DNA from: Mobula hypostoma
Lineage: Eukaryota
DNA length: 64,000 bases
Reading direction: 5' to 3'
Assembly: GCF_963921235.1 (NCBI RefSeq)
Contig: NC_086100.1
Coordinates: 201,006,001 to 201,070,000 of the forward strand
Part shown: piece after piece, positions 12,848-24,728 of the stretch
Layout: every line of letters starts with the position of its first letter
How positions within the stretch are numbered: the stretch's first letter is position 1
Notes under the pieces: generated by a model
The model's input: the letters and a program-made list of their open reading frames with translations, nothing else
Databases searched by the model: none
Told to the model about the DNA's origin: nothing
Position numbers and translations under genes: made by a program

Positions 12848-13499
12848 AATCATGAGTGCAGCTCAATTGTGTGAGAAGTCTGTTAACCAGTCGTATAACA
12901 TCAGGATGGAGCTGTCCTTGCACCTGATGGCACGTGTTTGTCTCTTCTGGCCGATGGGAGGAGGAGAGGGGACGAGACCGTGTCCGACATGAGAAGGCTC
13001 TTGAATTATGTTTGCTTTTTCCCGAAAGAGCAGGAGCTATTTACATTTATGTTCAGTTAGAGATACAGCTCAGTACAGGCCCTCTGGCCTTCAAGCTGAA
13101 GCACCCAGCAATCCTGATTCAATCCAGCTTAAGCACGGGACAATTTACAATGACCAATTAGCCTTCTAACCGGTACATCTTTGGACAGAGGGAGGTAACC
13201 GGAGCACCTGCTGGAAATCCACTCACTCCAAGGGGAGGACAGCGGAATTGAACTCTGAACTCTGACACCCAGAGTAACAGGTGTAATACTGTGGCGCTAA
13301 CTGCTACGTGGTCCTGGCAGCCATACTTGCTGCAGATCTTACAGCCCATTTTTCCTGTGAATGTACCTCTATTTTTCCCCTCCTAATGAAAGTTAGTCCT
13401 TCTTTGCTGAATTCTAAAGTGCTCCCAAACCAGTTTGTTTTTGAATTTGCTTCTTTTGATAGCTGTGCTTAGATCATGTTTACTCTTTTCTACTTGTGA

Positions 13500-14090
13500 A
13501 TAGAATAGAATAGAATATCTTTATTGTCATTGTTGTGGAGCAATGAAACACAGTTTAGCAGCTCAACGTTTTGCAGCATGACAAAGAATATATACATAAA
13601 ATAAACTCTAAAACATCAGGAGTGTAGTCCAAAATTAATAATATATGGATGGGCGGGTAGGACTATTGCACACCTGCCATTCCTGGAAGTGTGATGCATT
13701 TAGCTGCTGCTGTCTTAGGAGGGGGACAGGAGAAGGGAAAGGGGTGTTATACATTTCACTGCTTGTGGGTAGAAGCTGTTAAGGACTCTCTTTGTTTTCA
13801 TCCTTAATACTCTGTATCTCTTCCCAGAAGGCAGAGGGGAAAACGGGTGGTGTCCAGGATGAGTGGGATCCTTTGAAATACAAGTAGCCTTCTTTTGAAG
13901 TCTGCCAGTATAAATGTCTCTGAGGGAGGGTAATGTTGTGCCAATAACCCGCTCTGCTACCCTCACCACCCGCTGCAAGTCCTTCCTGTTCTGTTCTGTG
14001 CAGCTGGCAAACCACACTGCACAGCAATACGTCAGGAGGCTCTCTATAGTTGTCCGATAGAAGCTGATCAGCAGGTGATGAGGGAGCATT
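13500..14090 (-). mobile_element. Rex1/Babar-like LINE 3' fragment with (attct)n tail
   Basis: FYRTTIESLLTYC..VW...DPTHPGH..F..LPSGKRYR...NSFYPQA (ORF 13715-14155). Confidence 0.75.
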
Positions 14091-15544
14091 GTGCATTGAG
14101 CATTGTGCATTGGATATCTACATGTAGCCACTGCAGCTCTGCATTCACTCCTCAAACGTCAGCCTTTGCCCATTCATCGACGTGCCTTTTAATGAATCTC
14201 TCAAATCCGTCAGCTACCTCACTCCACAAACCTTCATAATTTCCCTTCTTTCAACTGACATCTGTAGTTTGAGACTGACCAACATTTCCTGAAGAACTCT
14301 GTCACGCTCACTGTTCCCCGCTCAGCTCTGGTCCCATTGCACTGCACTCCCCGACAGCAGCTGGCACCTCAGTGCTGCAGCTCTTCCACAATTCCTCCTT
14401 GACAATGACTGCTCATTTCTTTTGGCCAGTAAAATAAAGCCACTGACCATGACAATATTACATACCGGGTACCACGGTGGTGCAGTGGTTAGCACAATGC
14501 TGTTACAGCTCAGAGTCCGAATCCGGTGCCATTCTGTTAGGAGTTTATGCACCCTCCTGTGGAATGCATGGGTTTCATCCCACAGTCCGGAGACTGGTAG
14601 GTCAGTAGTTGTCGGGCCTTACTGGGATGGTACAGCCCAAGAGTCTAGCAGGGCCTATTCCACACTATATCACTGGATCAGTAAAAGAAAAATAAATTAC
14701 TGCAGTACATGTTTAAATTCGAGGTGGTTTTTAGAACAGAGAGGGGAGCTAGAGGGCAGGTTAGGGTTTAAGGATAGGGATGTGGAGGAGTTCGGGGGTC
14801 AGGCATCCACTCTGTGCTCCGTGCTCAATGCCCAGTGATGTGGACAGTTCACAAAGGATGTGGAGTCTCTGCCTGTGCTCCGTGCTCGAAGCCCTGCGAT
14901 GTGGGTGGGTAACAAGGAACATCAATGGATGTCGGGTTGCCCCTGGCCAGTGGGTTGTGGCATTGGATGTCTGTGTGAACAGGAGGCACGAGGGCCATTA
15001 TGTCAACAAGCCCAGTGTTCAAGTCTGGAGTTCAGGGTCTCATCATCAGCTCACCTGGGCGTCGATACTGAAGACTGAAACGTTGTGGTTGATTGGAAGT
15101 CCAAAAAACAAAGCTTGATGATGAAGTGCAGAACCTGGAGCCTGGACACTGGAGATCGGAGCATTGTCTGTGTGTGTGGGAGGGTGGAAGGGAGGAACAA
15201 GGCTTGCTTTGCTGCTATTCCTGTGTTGCTTGTTCTATTTGATCTGTTTTGTGTTCTGTACTGTTCTGCTGCATTGTGGGCATGCTATGTTCATGCCAGA
15301 ATGTGTGGCAACACCTGTGGGCTGTCCTGGGGAGTGTTGGTTGTTAACACAAAAGATGTTATCTGAAGATGGCTGTACAGCTCTTTAAACTTCAATCAGG
15401 AGGCAGAGGGGGTTTACCTGATTGCTGTCTGGATTAAAGAGCAAATCTTATGTGGATAGGTTGGGGGTGTTGTGGATAGTGTGGAGGGCTGTCAGAGGTT
15501 ACAGCGGGACGTCGATAGGATGCAAAACTGGACTGAGAATGGCA

Positions 15545-18121
15545 CTGACAAGCTCCTGCAGCCCGGACCTGGAACACCTGGTGAAGTGTCGTCCCTACTA
15601 TCTGCCATGGGAATTCACCTGGGTCATACTGACAGCGGTCTACATTCCCCCCCAGGCGGACATGGAGTGTGCTCTGATCATACTGTATGCCAACATCAGT
15701 GAACTTGAGACCAGGTATCCGGAAGCTTTGCTCATTACAGCCAGGGACTTTAACCAGGCCAACCTCAGAACGGCACTGCCAAAGTTATACCAACATGTCT
15801 CCTGCCCCACTAGAGGCCCAAATATACTTGACCACTGCTACACAGCAGTCAAGGATGCCTACCGTTCTGTCCCACAACCTCACTTTGGAAAATCGGACCA
15901 TCAGGCCGTACTCCTCCTCCCGGCTTACAAACAGAAACTGAAGCGGGAGGTCACGGTGTCAAAAATAGTGTTGCGTTGGATGGAGGAAACGGGTGAGGTC
16001 CTCCGTGACTGCTTTGAATCGGTGGACTGGTTAGTTTTCAAGGACTCGGCAGCTAACCTCGATGAGTATGCCTCAGCTGTCACGGACTTTATCTGGAAAT
16101 GCACGGAGGACTGTGTGTATCGCAAGACGATCCGGGTATTCCCTAACCGGAAACCTTGGATGAATTATGAGGTCAAGTCCCTTTTAAAGGCTAGAGATGT
16201 GGCTTTTAGGTCTGGGGATACCAGTCGCTACACGGAATCCAAGCGTGAACTCTGGAAAGCCATTATGGGCGCCAAGAGGCAATAGCAAGCCAAGTTGGAA
16301 GCCCAGGCTAACCAGATGGATGCCGGTAGACTATGGCAGGGTCTAAATGAGATCACTGGGCGCAAAGAAAAGGCTGGGAATATCAATAATGAGATCACTG
16401 GGCGCAAAGAAAAGGCTGGGAATATCCTTCTCTTCCTGATGAACTTAACGTATTCTACGCAAGATTCGAACAGAAGAGGAGCGTCCCGCTCCCTCCGGAT
16501 GAACCGGACCTGGTGGCATCGAGATTCATCGTCACCGAGGAGGACGTTAGAAGGGCCTTCCTGAAGATAAATCCAAGGAAGGCGACGGGGCCAGATGGCA
16601 TCCCAGGACGGGTTCTCCGGGCCTGTGCAAGCGAGCTAGCTGGAGTGTTTGCTGACATCTTCAACTATTCCTTGCTTCAGTCTAAGATCCCCTCGTGTTT
16701 TAAGAAGGCAACGATAATCTCAGTGCCGAAGAAGAGCAAGGTGGCATGCCTGAATGACTATCGACCTGTGGCTCTGACATCAATTGCTATGAAGTGCTTT
16801 GAGAGATTGGTTATGGCACACATCAACCACAGCCTACCGGTCAACCTCGACGCTTTACAACTCACCTACCAGAGCAACAGATCAATGGCAGATGCCATCT
16901 CTCTAGTCCTACATTCCTCCTTAGAACACCTGGAGAATAAAGGTGCATATGTAAGGCTCCTTTTCATTGACTACAGCTCTGCCTTTAATACCATCATTCC
17001 AAATAAACTGATTCCTAAGCTCCGGAACCTGGGCCTTAACACTCAGATCTGCAGCTGGATCTCCAACTTCCTCACGGACAGGACCCAGGCTGTAAAAATA
17101 GGGTCAAACTCTCCTCTACAATCCCACAAGGCTGTGTACTCAGCCCCCTGCTGTACTCACTGTACACCCATGATTGTGTAGCCAAGTTTCCATCAAACTC
17201 AATATACAAGTTTGCTGATGACACCACAATTGTAGGCCGTATCTTGGGTAATGATGAGTTTGAGTAAAAAGAGGAAATTAAGAACCTGGTGGCATGGTGC
17301 GAAGACAATAACCTATCCCTCAACGTTAGCAAGACGAAGGAATTGGTTGTTGACTTCAGAAGGAGTAGCGGACCGCACGACCCAATTTACATTGGTGGTG
17401 CGCAAGTGGAACAGGTCAAAAGCTTTAAGTTCCTCGGGGTCAATATCACAAATGACCTGACTTGGTCCAACCAAGCAGAGTCCACTGCCAAGAAGGCCCA
17501 CCAGCACCTTTACTTCCTGAGAAAACTAAAGAAATTTGGCCTGTCCCCTAAAACCCCTCACTAATTTTTATAGATGCACCGTAGAAAGCATTCTTCTAGG
17601 GTGCATCACAACCTGGTATGGAAGTTGTCCTGTCCAAGACCGAAAGAAGCTGCAGAAGATTGTGAACACGGCGCAGCACATCACACAATCCAATCTTCCG
17701 TCCTTGGACTGACTTCACACCGCACGCTGTCGGAGCAGTGCTGCCAGGATAATCAAGGGCACGACCCACCCAGCCAGCAAACTTTTCGTCCCTCTTCCCT
17801 CCGGGAGAAGGCTCAGGAGCTTGAAGACTCGTATGGCCAGATTTGGGAACAGCTTCTTTCCAACTGTGATAAGACTGCTGAACGGATCCTGACCCGGATC
17901 TGGGCCGTACCCTCCAAATATCCGGACCTGCCTCTCGGTTTTTTTTTGCACTACCTTACTTTCCATTTTTCTATTTTCTATTTATGATTTATAATTTCAA
18001 TTTTTAATAATTACTATTGATTTGTAATCCAGGGAGCGTGAAGAGCAGAATCAAATATCGCTGGGATGATTGTACGCTCTAGTATCAATTGTTTGGCGAC
18101 AATAAAGTATAAAGTAGGTAT
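15545..18121 (+). mobile_element. Rex1/Babar-like LINE (family A): endonuclease C-terminal part + RT, frameshifted
   Basis: AVYIPPQA, DFNQANL, LDHCY, SDH (APE domain). NDYRPVALTS, LFIDYSSAFNTI, KFADD, KTKELVVDFRR (RT). (aaagtat) tail. Junction repeat agaa(g)tggca at 15536-15544 and 18122-18131. Confidence 0.88.
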
Positions 18122-18785
18122 AGAAGTGGCAGATGGAGTTCAACCCAGATAAGTGTGAAGTGGTTCATTTTGGTCCGTCAAATATGATGGCAGAGTATAG
18201 TATTAATGGTAAGACTCTTGGCAGTGTGGAGGATCAGAGGGATCTTGGGGTCCGAGTCCATAGGACACTCAAAGCTGCTGTGCAGGTTGACTCTGTGGTT
18301 AAAAAGGCTGTGTATTGGCCTTCATCAATCGTGGAATTGAGATTAGGAGTCAAGAGGTAATGTTGCAGCTATATAGGACCCTGGTCAGACCCCACTTGGA
18401 GTACTGTGCTCAGTTCTGGTCGCCTCACTACAGGAAGGATGTGGAAACCACAGAAAGGGTGCAGAGGAGATTTACAAGGATGTTGCCTGGATTGGGGAGC
18501 ATGCCTTATGAGAATAGGTTGAGTGAACTCAGCCTTTTCTCCTCGAAGCGACGGAGGATGAGAGGTGACCTGATAGAGGTGTATAAGATGATGAGAAGCA
18601 TTGATCGTGTGGACAGTCAGAGGCTTTTTCCCAGGGCTGAAATGGTTAGCACGAGAGGGCACAGTTTTAAGATGCTTGGAAGTAGGTACAGAGGAGATGT
18701 CGCAGGTGTGGTAACTTCCGCTTTGAAAAGGCACACTCGACATCTTCATGCCCAAAGAAACAACTTTATCTCGAACGTCAAAACG

Positions 18786-18960
18786 TGTATGTATATTCAC
18801 GTATATACATGAATATATACGTATATATATATGTATATATGTATATATATGTATATACATATACATATATGTGTATATGTATATATATATACACACATAT
18901 ATACATGTGTATATATGTATATATATACATATATATATTTATGTATATATATATACATAT
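18786..18960. repeat. (TA)n/(TACA/TATG)n compound microsatellite
   Basis: Direct reading of the sequence. Confidence 0.95.
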
Positions 18961-19180
18961 CCCTCCCCCTCCTGTCTTCTCCTATCATTTTGCATCTCCC
19001 CCTCCCCCTCCAGCTTTCAAATCCCTTACTCACTCTTCCTTCAGTTAGTCCTGACGAAGGGTCTCGGCCTGAAACATCGACTGCGCCTCTTCCTATAGAT
19101 GCTGCCTGGCCTGCTGCGTTCACCAGCAACTTTGATGTATGTTGCTTGAATTTCCAGCATCTGCAGAATTCCTGTTGTTT
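18961..19180 (+). mobile_element. Penelope-like terminal fragment with hammerhead motif at 19047-19082
   Basis: Reverse complement of the 12703-12847 and 21401-21590 sequences. Contains agtc ctgacga agggtctcggcct gaaac atc gact. Confidence 0.8.
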
Positions 19181-19184
19181 AAGT

Positions 19185-19510
19185 TTAAAGCAAGCGTCTT
19201 TTTTCGTAAAAGCGAAATGTGTCCTCCATTATTTCGGAGGTCTGTAAAGCTTTATGGAAAGCATTGCAGCCAGAGTTCCTTCCCTGCCCTTCAGTCGCCC
19301 AATGGGAAGCTATTGCAGCGTAGGAGGAAATGCGATGCGACCAAGCGGACCCATCACAGTTGTTGCGGTCTGCGTCGCCGCGACGCGCAGTTACATTTTG
19401 GGAGAGATGCGTGTCAGGCTATGGCGTAGGGATCCGCGTCGGCTCTGTGTAGGGTTCGCGGCGACGCCATACTTACGGCATCGAGTTGATGCAGAAGTAT
19501 AAATCAGCCT
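19185..19510. mobile_element. Possible PIF/Harbinger-type non-autonomous DNA transposon, right end only
   Basis: CpG-rich segment ending gcagaagtataaatcagcct followed by TTA (PIF/Harbinger TSD is TWA). It cuts the Gypsy ORF just after the protease. The partner TIR was not found. Confidence 0.45.
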
Positions 19511-21400
19511 TTAATTTCATGCGAGTTTAGCCGGATTTTGCGAAGCCAATCGCGCCCCAAAAGTCTGGGCCCCCTGCCCTTAGCTATCACTAGTCTGGCT
19601 TCAGCCTTCTGACCCCGGGCTGAAATGGCCACATATAACACCCCTAAATGAGGTATGGGCTGCCCCGTATAGGTCCTGAATTTGAGCTTTGACAGTCTGA
19701 TGCGAGGCAGGTTGGACCCGCATGGCCTCCTGTAGGTCTCCTCACTAATGACCGATACAGTAGCCCCTGAATCAATCTCAAACTTAATGTCCTTTCCCCT
19801 GACAGTGACTGTGGCATAATATGGTTCAGGTGGTTCCTCATCTGTTTCCACTGCAAACATGTTGTAGGCACACGCTGCCTCTTCATCTGCTTCTTCTAGA
19901 TGGTGTGTGGCTGCCTGAGCCTGTCGAGCTTTCCCCTGCCCAGGCTTAATCTTACCCTTTGAACTTCTGCAATTTTTAGCTACATGTCCCTTTTTGCTAC
20001 AAGCACGGCAGACAGTGTCTTTGAATTTGCAATCATTTGCATAGTGTGTCCCTCCACACCGGAAACATGCCACCCGCTTTGCCTGTTTACCAGACTCCCT
20101 CCTGACTTGGTGCACTGCCGACTGCGACCCCCCCCCAGAAAGAATGTCCTTTCTGGATATTCTTGACATTATTAGCAGCCATCTCCATGCCTTGGGCAAT
20201 CTCTAAGGCTTTCTTGAAAGTCAACGGTGGGGTTTCCCCTAACAGGTGCCGTTGTATGCTGTCATTACTAATGCCGCATACCAATCGATCACGGAGCATG
20301 TCATCCAACACCGCTCTGAAATCACAATACTCCGACAGCTGCCGAAGCTCGGCCATGAAATTGGCGACAGACTGACCTGGCTTCCTGAAACGGCTGTGAA
20401 ACTTACACCCTTGGACTATGACAGAAGGTTTCGGATTGTAGTGGTTCCCCACAAGCTTGACCAGTTCGTCATATGGAATGTCCCCCGGTTTCTGCGGTGT
20501 GGCTAAATTCCCTATTAGCGTGTAAGTCTTTGCCCCACACACACTCAGGAGAATAGAGTGCTTCTTAGCCTCCTCAGTAATTCCATTAGCACAGAAAAAG
20601 TGTCCCAACCTTTCCTCATAGTCCAGCCAGTCCTCCGTAACCTCCACAAATTCACCGATAGTCCCAAACGTAGCCATCTGAATGTGAGGCCACTTATCAG
20701 CACTGCTGCTCCCGTTCGAAACGTGCCGACACGTCCACAAAACCAGTTCACCTTGTCGCCAAAAATATGTGGCAACTTCTACTTTGAAAAAGGCACATTT
20801 GACAACTTCATGCCCAAAGAAACAACTTTATCTCGAACATCAAAACCGATATGTATATACAGAGGCTTTCACAACCCGTACGGCAGGGCAGGAACACTAT
20901 ATACAAAGCCCACCAGGAGTAAAAAGAGCAGAAGTGAAACCCCCCCCCCCCCCCATTATCCTAATTAGTACTAACTTACTTTCAATAATGCTCACATTAC
21001 AACAGGGGGTAAGTTTTTTTATGCAGAGAGTGGTGAGTGCGTGGAATGGGCTGCCAGCGACGGTGGTGGAGGTGGATATGAGAGGGTCTTTTAAGAGACT
21101 CTTGGGTAGGTACTTGGAGCTCAGAAAAATAGAGGGCTATGGGTAACCCTAGGTAATTTCTAAAGTAAATTCATGTTGGGCACAGCTTTGTAGTTGAAGG
21201 GCCTGTATTGTGCTGTAGGGTTTCTATGTTTCCAGCTCCGGCTTTTCTCTTTGGAACAAAGGAGGACGAGAGTTGACTTGATAGAGGTGTATAAAGTACA
21301 TGGCATAGATTGATTGGACAGTCAGAGACTTTTTCCCAGGGTAGAAATGGCTAATTCCAGGGGGCATCATTTTAGGATGATTTTAAGAAAGTATAGGGGG

Positions 21401-22313
21401 CAACACACATAAAAGTTGCTGGTGAACGCAGCAGGCCAGGCAGCATCTCTAGGAAGAGGTACAGTCAAAGTTTCAGGCCGAGACCCTTCGTCAGGACTAA
21501 CTGAAGGAAGAGCTAGTAAGAGATTTGAAAGTGGGGGGGGAGGGGGAGATCGAAAATGATAGGAAAAGACAGGAGGAGGAGGGACGGAGCCAAGAGCTGG
21601 ACAGGTGATTGGCAAAAGGGATATGAGAGGATCACGGGACAGGAGGCCCAGGGAGAAGGAAAAGGAGGTGGGGGGGAAAAAGCCCAGTGGATGGGCAAGG
21701 GGTATTGTCAGAGGGACAGAGGGAGAAAAAGGAGAGTGAGAGAAAGAATGTGTGTATATAAATAAATAACGGATGGGGTACGAGGGGGAGGTGGGGCATT
21801 AGCAGAAGTTAGAGAAGTCGATGTTCATGCCATCAGGTTGGAGGCTACCCAGACGGAATATAAGGGGTTGTTCCTCCAACCTGAGTGTGGCTTCATCTTT
21901 ACAGTAGAGGAGGCCGTGGATAGACATGTCAGAATGGGAATGGGACGTGGAATTAAAATGTGTGGCCACTGGGAGATCCTGCTTTCTCTGGTGGACAGAG
22001 TGTAGGTGTTTGGTGAAACGGTCTCCCAGACTGCGTCGGGTCTCGCCAATATATAGAAGGCCGCATTGGGAGCGCTGGACGCAGTATATCACACCAGCCG
22101 ACTCACAGGTGAAGTGTCGCCTCACCTGGAAGGACTGACTGGGAAGAAGTGTAAGGGCATGTGTAGCACTTGTTCCGCTTACATGGATAAGTGCCAGGAG
22201 GGAGATCAGGCCTCTTCCTAGAGATGCTGCCTGGCCTGCTGCATTCACCAGTAACTTTTATGTGTGTTGCTTGAAATTCCAGCATCTGCAGATTTCCTCG
22301 TGTTTGCATTTTT
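21401..22313 (-). mobile_element. Penelope-like element, 5'-truncated, with GIY-YIG endonuclease, hammerhead motif and inverted terminal segment
   Basis: GVIYC...C...YIGET.R.L..RF..H...VATHFN...H (ORF 21799-22248). HHR motif at 21463-21498. 21401-21459 is inverted at 22211-22270. TSD AAAGTATAGGGGG at 21388-21400 and 22314-22326. Confidence 0.88.
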
Positions 22314-23536
22314 AAAGTATAGGGGGCATTTGTTTTTTTTACGGGCTGGTGGGTGTGTGAGATTCACTCCCAGATACACTGGGGATATTTTAAAAGGTTA
22401 AAATGTCAGGACAGAGTCATGTGCTGAAGGGCATGTACTGTGCTGTAGTCTTCTATTGTCTGTGTTTCAATACAAACATTTCAGACATACAGTCACAAAT
22501 CCTTTATAGTTGGCAACTTACTATTTTAAATTCAGGACTTTTTTGTACTCAGGTAAATGTCTCATTTGCATTTTGCTGTCTGTCTGATAGTCCCAAAGAT
22601 CAGTCGTGCTGGTATAAACACATGCCCTGAGGACAGAAGATAGAGAGAAGTGGTTAAAAGATGTTTATCGGGTTGGGGACAGGTTGATAGCGGTGGAATG
22701 TGGCTGTCTGCTGCAATAGAATACACAGTATATCATGATGGAAACTGGAATGCAGAGTTAAATTTCAAAATTTGCCGATGGTATTGAAGTTGAAGGATTG
22801 GCAAACAGTGAGCCTGAAACCAAATAACTGTGACACGACATGGAGAGGAAAACAGAATAGGCAGGCAGGTGACAGAAGGAATTTGATAGTATGATTGAAG
22901 TGAAGTAATTTGGCAGGAGAATATATCGTGCTTGTCTGGCATACCCACTGATGACGAGCAGCCTGTGCAGGAGAGTTTCTAAAGTGGAAAAACCATTGCA
23001 ATGGGGCAGTTCCACTCTCTCAACTTCGTAAGTCCAGGTCCCCTGCTACGAGTAGTCACCACGTCTCCGGTTTTCCTTGGTTGCAGTGGATGACCATGCC
23101 CTTGGCCCTCCACGCAGTGTTACAGGGTCTCACTGTAGATCCCATCTGCCTAGTCTGCCGGAGCCGCCTTTGCACGCCAGGACAGGCCAGGACATACCCT
23201 ATCTCAATGGGGTATGAGGGCTGCCAGCCACTCTCACCTGGTTTAGCCCACCTGTCGAAGCCACGTACCAGGATGTGGCTCGTGTTGTATGCAAACAGCT
23301 ACTTGGAGCCAGGTGAGAGCTGAGTATTTGGTGAGGGCCAAAGGCGAGTGAGTTGCCCAGTAGTGCTACCCCTCTCTGGACACCCCATACACCCCAGCAA
23401 GAGAATAACACAGGGAATAAAGGAATGTCTTCAATGGGCTGCTGGAACAAAGAGACATGGGATTCATATGCATGAGTAGCCGAGGAAGTTGAGAGACATA
23501 TGGACAAGTGATCTATGGGATCTGGGGCTCATTAAA

Positions 23537-24115
23537 CTACTTTATACTTTATTGTCTCCAAACAATTGATACTAGAGCGTACAATCATCACAGCGATATT
23601 TGATTCTGCACTTCGCGCTCCCTGGAGTACAAATCAACAGTAAATATTAAAAATTTAAATTATAAATCATAAATAGAAAATAGAAAATGGGAAGTAAGGT
23701 AGTGCAAAAAAAAACCGAGAGGCAGGTCTGGATATTTGGAGGCTACGGGCCAAATCCGGGTCAGGATCTGTTCAGCAGTCTTATCACAGTTGGAAAGAAG
23801 CTGTTCCCAAATCTGGCTGTACGAGTCTTCAAGCTCCTGAGTCTTCTCCCGGAGGGAAGAAGGATGAAAAGTGTGTTGGCTGGGTGGGTCGTGTCCTTGA
23901 ATATCCTGGCAGCACTGCTCTGACAGCGTGCGGTGTAAAGTGAGTCCACGGACGGAAATTTGGTTTGTGTGATGTGCTGCGCCGTGTTCACGATCTTCTG
24001 CAGCTTCTTTCGGTCTTGGATAGGACAACTTCCATACCAGGTTGTGATGCACCCTAGAAGAATGCTTTCAATGGTGCATCTGTAAAAATTAGTGAGGGTT
24101 TTAGGGGACAGGCCC
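23537..24115 (-). mobile_element. Rex1/Babar-like LINE 3' fragment (family A)
   Basis: Highly similar inverted copy of ~17540-18116, including the tail. Confidence 0.88.
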
Positions 24116-24728
24116 TGAAACATTCCATGCAGTTCTGACCATCACACCTCAGGAAGTGGGGAAGTTCCTTGAGGACACAGAGAAAATTTTTCAGCATGGT
24201 TCCAGGGATGAAGGGTTATTTAAGAATCTAAGGTTTATCGAGTTAAAACGCACAGAAATGGGCTCTTTAGCTCAATAACCAAGTACCCACCTACGATAAA
24301 AATCCCATTTTATTTGCCCGACATTCCCACCAATGAAGAGCATAGACACAGGAGCAAATGAGGCCATTCATCCCATCGAGTCTGCTCCGCCATTCCATCA
24401 CGGCTGATTTATAATCCCTCTCAACATCATTCTCCTGCCTTCTCTCCTTAACGTTTGATGCCCCGACTAATCAACTCCTACCTTAAATGTAGCCAATGAC
24501 TTGGCCTCCGCAGTTGTCTGTGGCAATGAATTCCACAGATTCACCACCCTCTGGCTAAAAAAGCTCCTCCTTCAGTTCTAAAGAGAATCCCTTTTATTCT
24601 GAGCCTGTGCCTTCTGGTCCTAGACTCCCCCTCTACTGGAAACATCCTCTCCACATCCACTCTATCCAGGCCTTTCCCCCAGATTTCTCAATTCACCCAC
24701 ACACCAAAGCCAGGAAGGTTTAGGTATG

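Larger units (their letters stand above)
18707..21004 (-). mobile_element. Gypsy LTR retrotransposon, internally deleted (gag-protease only)
   Basis: 5' LTR at 20768-21004 (TG...CA); partial 3' LTR from 18707. PBS-like TGGCGACAAGGT just inside the 5' LTR. Gag (DWLDYEERLGHFF, LRDRLVCG), zinc knuckles CFRCGGTH / CRACSKKGHVAKNC and protease IDSGA in ORFs 20087-20740 and 19504-20199. Confidence 0.88.
15455..21230 (+). mobile_element. CR1 LINE 3' part, split by a Rex1-like LINE and a Gypsy element
   Basis: Segments 15455-15544, 18122-18701 and 21005-21230 are collinear with the uninterrupted CR1 relative at ~45335-46320(-): DSVEGCQRLQRDVDRMQNW | KWQMEFNPDKC...RYRGDV | ...FFMQRVVSAWN. Confidence 0.85.

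Noticed and set aside
18748..19247. Tyr/Ile-rich ORFs
   Set aside because: Translations of the TA microsatellite.
19504..20740. Domesticated gag-protease gene
   Set aside because: Frameshifted, truncated by another insertion, and still bounded by LTR and PBS, so consistent with a decaying retrotransposon.
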